DNA of 64,000 nucleotides, taken from assembly GCA_902800815.1 (NCBI GenBank), contig CADCGB010000017.1, positions 46,520 to 110,519 on the forward strand. The letters run 5' to 3'. Positions 57,902 to 64,000 of the stretch are shown here, piece after piece. A program made the translations under genes and the position numbers. The first letter of the stretch is position 1. Each line of letters begins with the position of its first letter. The notes under the pieces are model-generated. The model worked only from the letters and a program-made list of their open reading frames with translations, was not told where the DNA came from and searched no databases. Origin of the DNA: Fibrobacter succinogenes. Its GTDB lineage: Bacteria > Fibrobacterota > Fibrobacteria > Fibrobacterales > Fibrobacteraceae.

Positions 57902-59275
57902 ATGAGATTCACAACGGCGGCAACCCTGGCTCTGGCGGCATCGCTGGCCACAACCGCATTCGCGCAGATTACCCCGACCCGCGTGGGGCCCGTGAGCCAG
58001 TACGGTCAGCTGATGGCCGGCAAGAACTCGCAGGGCAAGGGCCAGATTTACGGTAGCTGCGAAGGCGTGAAGGACGGCGCCGAAGTGCAGGTGCGCGGTA
58101 TGAGCCTCTATTGGAGCCTTATGCCCCAGGCTGTTGAATACTGGAGCGAAGAAGGTGTTTCCACCATGGTTCGCGACATGAACATCCAGATTGTGCGCGC
58201 AGCCATGGCAACCGGCAACGAAGACTGGAACAACGGCTACAAGGGCTACGGCAGCGACCCGACCACGCAAATGAACTTGATGAAGACCGTCGTGGAAGCG
58301 GCCATCAAGAACGACATCTACGTGATTATCGACTGGCATTCGCACAACGCCAACGAACAGACCAATTCCGCAAAGGATTTCTTTTCGAAGATGGCACAGG
58401 AATACGGCAAGTACGACAACGTGATTTTCGAACTCTTCAACGAACCCACGGACGTTTCCTGGAACACCATCAAGACCTATGCAGACCAAGTGGTTTCGGC
58501 CATCCGCGAACACTCCGACAACTTGATTCTCGTCGGAACACCTAAATGGGACCAGAACCCGCATGCACCTATCGGCAACGAAGTCAACGACCCCAAGAAG
58601 AACACGGCCTACACCCTGCACTACTACGCCAATAGCCACTGCTGGAGCGGCAGTTACGATTGGAGCGACCCGACATGGGGAGGTGATTGCGAAGGAACCA
58701 AGGGCGAAAAGGCAATGAACGCGGGCCTCTCCGTATTCGTCTCGGAATGGGGCACCGCCAACTCAGATGGTAACGGGAATCCCGACCAGAGCCGCAACAA
58801 GAGCTGGCAGGACTACATGAACAAGCACAAGCTCTCCTGGGCGAACTGGTCCGCCTCCTACATTTCCGAAGGAACGGCCGCCTTCCAGAACGGTTCCAGC
58901 AAGACCTCGCTGCAGTACACAACATCGGGCAACCTGGTGAAGGGCTACCTTTCCAGCAACCCCACTACCTACAAGGCCTGCCACGACGCAGTTCCCGAAA
59001 GCAGTTCTTCCGTGTTTGACGCAATTCCGTTCTATGCGAATAGCGACCGCTTCAACGCCTCGGTCCAGAACGGGACGCTCTCGCTCACAAGTACGGCCAG
59101 CGGTGTAGCAAACATCCAGGTGTTCGACATGCTCGGCAATACCCGCGTGCAGATGAGCAAGCAACTTGGCTCCGGCAGCCACAGCATCGCACTCGGAACG
59201 CTCCCCGCGGGTAGTTACCTGGTGCGCGTGCAGCAGGGTGCAAACCTCTCGCAGGTACGCTTCCAGGTGCGCTAG
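57902..59275 (+). CDS. GH5 endoglucanase with T9SS-like C-terminal domain
   Basis: GGAGG RBS; QVRGMSLYWS, IIDWHSH, FELFNEP (acid/base), FVSEWG (nucleophile), WANWS; VFDMLGN...GSYLVRV. Confidence 0.93.
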   Translation: MRFTTAATLALAASLATTAFAQITPTRVGPVSQYGQLMAGKNSQGKGQIYGSCEGVKDGAEVQVRGMSLYWSLMPQAVEYWSEEGVSTMVRDMNIQIVRAAMATGNEDWNNGYKGYGSDPTTQMNLMKTVVEAAIKNDIYVIIDWHSHNANEQTNSAKDFFSKMAQEYGKYDNVIFELFNEPTDVSWNTIKTYADQVVSAIREHSDNLILVGTPKWDQNPHAPIGNEVNDPKKNTAYTLHYYANSHCWSGSYDWSDPTWGGDCEGTKGEKAMNAGLSVFVSEWGTANSDGNGNPDQSRNKSWQDYMNKHKLSWANWSASYISEGTAAFQNGSSKTSLQYTTSGNLVKGYLSSNPTTYKACHDAVPESSSSVFDAIPFYANSDRFNASVQNGTLSLTSTASGVANIQVFDMLGNTRVQMSKQLGSGSHSIALGTLPAGSYLVRVQQGANLSQVRFQVR

Positions 59276-59304
59276 GCAATAACGTTTTACACCAAAAGAG
59301 AGAG

Positions 59305-59336
59305 AAGTCCCGGGGGCTGCGGCCCTCGGGATTTTT
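59305..59336 (+). terminator. Rho-independent terminator of the GH5 gene
   Basis: tcccgggggc-tgcg-gccctcggga followed by ttttt. Confidence 0.75.
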
Positions 59337-59490
59337 GTTATGCGACAAGGGAGGGGGTCCACCCCCTCCCTAAGACCCTCCTGGCACTTAATAATCCGCT
59401 CTACCGAGAAATAGACATGCAGGCTGCGCGGATTATTTGCGTGGGCGCCTGCCGGCGCGTAAGACAAAGGCTGGCAACACACTCACACTT

Positions 59491-59723
59491 GGTAAATTTG
59501 CGAATGATTCGCAATTTTACCACTTTTTTACGGACTAAATAGAGGGCAAACAAGATTTAGTCCGTCGTTTATTAATTTGTTCGCAACATTTTTTGCATTT
59601 TTCGGCATTTTTGCAAGCCAAAACACCCTGAAAGCCGCCATTCCAGACAAAAATCAACCATTTTTCGTTTAATTTGTCTTAAAAATTACAGACTAAACCA
59701 CCCCATCACGTCATTTAGTCTGT
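59491..59723. repeat. Cluster of intergenic inverted repeats
   Basis: 59491-59521; acggactaaa-N16-tttagtccgt (59530-59565); agacaaa...tttgtct (59645-59679); acagactaaa-N16-tttagtctgt (59688-59723). Confidence 0.75.
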
Positions 59724-59830
59724 CATTTCTCCAAAATGTCCCACAAAAAGCGATGCGCACACTTTTGAACGGGTGGTGACAAAGGGCGCGCGCATGATTC
59801 GGCACATTTATCGCCTACCAGCACAAAAGC

Positions 59831-59858
59831 GAAAGGCCCCGCTGAAGCGGAGCCTTTC
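59831..59858 (-). terminator. Probable gap terminator
   Basis: gaaaggccccgc-tgaa-gcggagcctttc with an A tract on its left. Confidence 0.65.
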
Positions 59859-59929
59859 TGTAAAAGTTTCAAGCGGAGGCACGGAAATCAGTTGTTACGT
59901 CCGCGCCACTAGCGCTTATCCGAAATCAA

Positions 59930-60994
<1,065 letters not shown>

Positions 60995-61101
60995 TCAAAT
61001 TTACTAAAAATAGCCCCGAAGGACTAGTCCTAAACAAAAAAAACTTGTTTTTTAGGCACACTCGACCGGCAGGGGCGGTTCGGCACCAGCGAAGGCCCTG
61101 G

Positions 61102-62580
61102 CTAATCGGCGTCCTTTACACAGCGGACGGAACGTGCGGAGCCCTTAGAGCCGCTGTCTATCATCGTATTTTCCATGAGAGCCGACAAATACAGCAGAGT
61201 TGCCCTGCTGGGCTCGTATTCAGAGGAACTCCAGAACGTCGTGACAAAACCATTGTCCTGCATGACTATTTCGTCCCAATAACCGGTAGGCAAAGCCGTA
61301 AACCCGAAGTTGTCCGAGCCCTTGCCGTTAGTCGCTAAGCTATCGTAGACAATCAGGCCACCAGCCTTATTCACAAATCCGCCAATCCAACCGTCAGCGG
61401 ACTTCAGCAACGTACCAGCAGGGCCAAATTCACCAACAGCCGTCCGCAAGATTTCCAACTCATCCTTGCTGGGCAGGTGCCAGCCGGAGGGGCAAACCCC
61501 GCGCACCGGATAACTCGGCATACAGGTATTGTCATCACCGCACCCCTTACCGCCTTCAGACCATTTGCCAGCACTGTCCATGGCAGCACCCCAAGTGTAG
61601 AAGCGACCAACCTTGGCGCATATAGAATCGGCGGTGCAGTAACTATTTTCGGTCTCATAGTTAAGGTTCTGCGCCATCCACCACTGGCTAGCGATTTTCA
61701 CGGTCTTGTAGGTCTGCCCGTCGCGATCGTCCTTCACCGAGCCGTATTCGCAGGTATCCGTGCTGTCCGTCTTGCAGGGCGTCGCCTTGACCTCGTTCGC
61801 GGCGCCAGCACCCTTGAGGCAGCGGACGCTAAGACCGTATTCCCTGTAAATGCCGAACAGGTACGAACTATCCCTGTCAAAGAAGAATTCCAGTTGGTAC
61901 ATCTTGGTTGTTCCCGAAGTGCTCCAGAACTGCGCATATTCCCCCACATTGTGGAACGTCGAGTCTTCTTGCATGTAGCCTGCAGGGAGCGCGGAGAAGC
62001 CGTATTCGTCCGTACCGTTGCCGCCGTCCTTCCAGCCTTCGGTGGACTTGAGCACCTTCCCCGCTATCGGCAGCCCGCCAACAGTCGCAACAAGAACCTG
62101 GAATTCTTCCAGCGAAGGCACGCCCCAACCCGCAGGGCACGCTTCCATCGCGAATTCCCACTTGTAGAGCCGGCCGTACTTGGCGCAGTTCTCGTCGTTA
62201 TTCTCGTAGCAATAGCTGAATCGCGTTTCGAAGTTGAGGTTTTCGGCCATCCAGGTCTGTTTCCCGATAACTACCGTCTTGTAGGTCTTGCCGTCACGAT
62301 CGTCCGTGAGGGTGCCGTAGGTAATTTCCGCAGGCAGTTCAGGCGCTTCACTGGAACTCGACTGCACTGCATCGCTGGACGAGGATGTGTTCTGTTCGCT
62401 GGAACTGGATTGAGCCTTGTCACTGGACAAAGACGTGCTAGATGGATCCCCTTCGCTGCGCTCCGAGGATGACAGTTCTGACGAAGAATCCGGGTCATTA
62501 ACCGGGCTAGAAGATGAATCGTCGCCACAGGCAGCGAGAAATACCGTGAAGGCTAGGGCCAAAAATCCCAAATGTTTCAT
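61102..62580 (-). CDS. Lipoprotein with two tandem Fib_succ_major domains
   Basis: Lipobox LAAC, Ser-rich linker, two copies of DDRDG.TYKTV.I..Q.WMA.NLN...G..Y.W...C P.GW...VRC. Confidence 0.92.
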   Translation of the reverse strand: MKHLGFLALAFTVFLAACGDDSSSSPVNDPDSSSELSSSERSEGDPSSTSLSSDKAQSSSSEQNTSSSSDAVQSSSSEAPELPAEITYGTLTDDRDGKTYKTVVIGKQTWMAENLNFETRFSYCYENNDENCAKYGRLYKWEFAMEACPAGWGVPSLEEFQVLVATVGGLPIAGKVLKSTEGWKDGGNGTDEYGFSALPAGYMQEDSTFHNVGEYAQFWSTSGTTKMYQLEFFFDRDSSYLFGIYREYGLSVRCLKGAGAANEVKATPCKTDSTDTCEYGSVKDDRDGQTYKTVKIASQWWMAQNLNYETENSYCTADSICAKVGRFYTWGAAMDSAGKWSEGGKGCGDDNTCMPSYPVRGVCPSGWHLPSKDELEILRTAVGEFGPAGTLLKSADGWIGGFVNKAGGLIVYDSLATNGKGSDNFGFTALPTGYWDEIVMQDNGFVTTFWSSSEYEPSRATLLYLSALMENTMIDSGSKGSARSVRCVKDAD

Positions 62581-62766
62581 AGTTTACTCCTTCACACATC
62601 CATAGGAAATATATTAAAAAAAATTCAAAAAAACATTGTCTAAAAAGATTGAAGAAGTCTGCTAGGACGTGCGTTCTTAAATAATTTTTTACCATCAAAA
62701 TACCATATTCCACCCGGGAATAAAAAATGCAGGGCGGGAGCAAATCGTTTTTGTATCTTTGCTCTC

Positions 62767-64000
62767 ATGAACAACTCCATGCTCAAAAGATTTACCCGTG
62801 TAGCCGATTTTCGCGGCCGTCTCGCACAACTGAGTGCGAGCCTGTTTACGCTGTTCTTTATCGCGTCTTGTGCCGGAAACGGTGACCCGTTGACCAACCC
62901 GGAACCGAAGAACGACGACTCCCCCGCTACCGCCGCGCAGAACTACTACGACTATAGCGAAGCCCCGGCAACAAGCGCGAAGGCAAGCAAGCAGAGCATG
63001 CCCGAAGGCACCATCGGGAACAGCGGATTCAGTTTCAAGTTCCCGGGCGGCGACTGGACGATGATCGGCGGCGAGGACGGAGCCCCCTACGAGTTCTACA
63101 ACGCGACGACAGGCCGCAGGGCGGTGCTGCGCGAGGTCGCGCTCGACGAGGGCGAACCGATGAACCTGATGGACCGCGCCCAGATGGAAATGCAGAGTCT
63201 GGAGGCTAGCGGCAAGAAGGCGACCTTCAGCGAGCTCAATCCCGAAGAGGCGTTCGGTACCACAGGCGCGTTCTTCGACATCGCGGGCAAGCGCTACGAG
63301 ACCCCCTACGAGGCATGCGGCCTGGTTACCGGCAACGGCAGCAGCGTATACACCCTCACGCTCGCGGCTACCGACAACGTTCCCGCAAAAGGCGCACTGA
63401 AGGAAGAATGGCAGGAATTCTTCAAGGGATTCACGCTCAAGGAAATCTCCGTGGAGCAGGGCCCCGAACTCTCGCCGGAACGCATCCAGAGCCACTCCTC
63501 CGCAGCGCTCGGCTACACCTGGAGCACCAAGGACACACTTTGGCACTTCTGGAACGGCATCGCCAAGCAGAACAACGACCCGGACCTAGTACTCACGGAC
63601 AAGTCCGAGGAAATCTCCCTATTTGTATATGGCGCCATACTCCCGCCCGACGTTATTAACCAGCAGGATATGTTCAAGGTGCTCCTCACCCGCCTGGGTG
63701 TCGACCCGAACAACAAAACCCTCGATGCGCGCCGCGTGAAGGTCGGCGACCGCTACGCCCAGGAATTCACGCTCACCCACATGGTCGGGAATTTCGATTT
63801 CGCCTACAAGGGACGGTTCTTCTACGAGAACGGTCGCGGAATCCTGATTGCCGTCTGGACGCAGGGCGCAACGCAGAAGAAATACGCGAAGGCTATCGAC
63901 AACGCGGTGGAAGGCCTAAAGACCGGAGCCGTGCCCGAAATCAAGAACGACAAGAAGCAGAACAAGTTCAACGCCGCCGTCATGAACCAGGTGGGCATCC
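62767..64000 (+). CDS. 3'-truncated lipoprotein (absent from the ORF track because it is open-ended)
   Basis: Hand translation MNNSMLKRF...LFFIASCAGNGDP...GFSFKFPGGDW...; frame stays open to the window end. Confidence 0.75.
   Translation, partial: MNNSMLKRFTRVADFRGRLAQLSASLFTLFFIASCAGNGDPLTNPEPKNDDSPATAAQNYYDYSEAPATSAKASKQSMPEGTIGNSGFSFKFPGGDWTMIGGEDGAPYEFYNATTGRRAVLREVALDEGEPMNLMDRAQMEMQSLEASGKKATFSELNPEEAFGTTGAFFDIAGKRYETPYEACGLVTGNGSSVYTLTLAATDNVPAKGALKEEWQEFFKGFTLKEISVEQGPELSPERIQSHSSAALGYTWSTKDTLWHFWNGIAKQNNDPDLVLTDKSEEISLFVYGAILPPDVINQQDMFKVLLTRLGVDPNNKTLDARRVKVGDRYAQEFTLTHMVGNFDFAYKGRFFYENGRGILIAVWTQGATQKKYAKAIDNAVEGLKTGAVPEIKNDKKQNKFNAAVMNQVGI

Noticed and set aside
59491-59723. Integron attC sites or dif-like recombination sites
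   Set aside because: No GTTRRRY/RYYYAAC cores, spacers are far longer than dif, and no integrase is present

Overview
Chromosomal window from a Fibrobacter-like cellulolytic bacterium, inferred from Fib_succ_major lipoproteins, Ser-rich lipoprotein linkers and GH5/GH45/CE15 enzymes. The housekeeping backbone includes a U32 hydroxylase, slyD, hslO, thrH, relA/spoT, an 11-module complex I operon lacking nuoEFG with a NuoB-NuoC fusion, hisS, thiC and gap. Strongest hunt results: (1) a radical SAM/SPASM enzyme coupled to three paralogous Cys-rich lipoproteins carrying eight X-Tyr-Gly motifs, a candidate splicease-type protein-modification system; (2) two peptides missed by the ORF track (41 and 48 aa, YxxP leader-like) between a repeat-rich surface protein and a nucleotidyltransferase, in an AT-rich island; (3) a plant-like UDP-apiose/xylose synthase homolog next to a GT2; (4) a GIY-YIG gene bracketed by inverted REP-like ends, with a solo copy 9 kb away; (5) ilvD broken by two frameshifting deletions; (6) unexplained intergenic hairpin arrays. 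I found no rRNA, tRNA, CRISPR-cas or IS transposase. Family names come from motif recognition and recall, not database searches.
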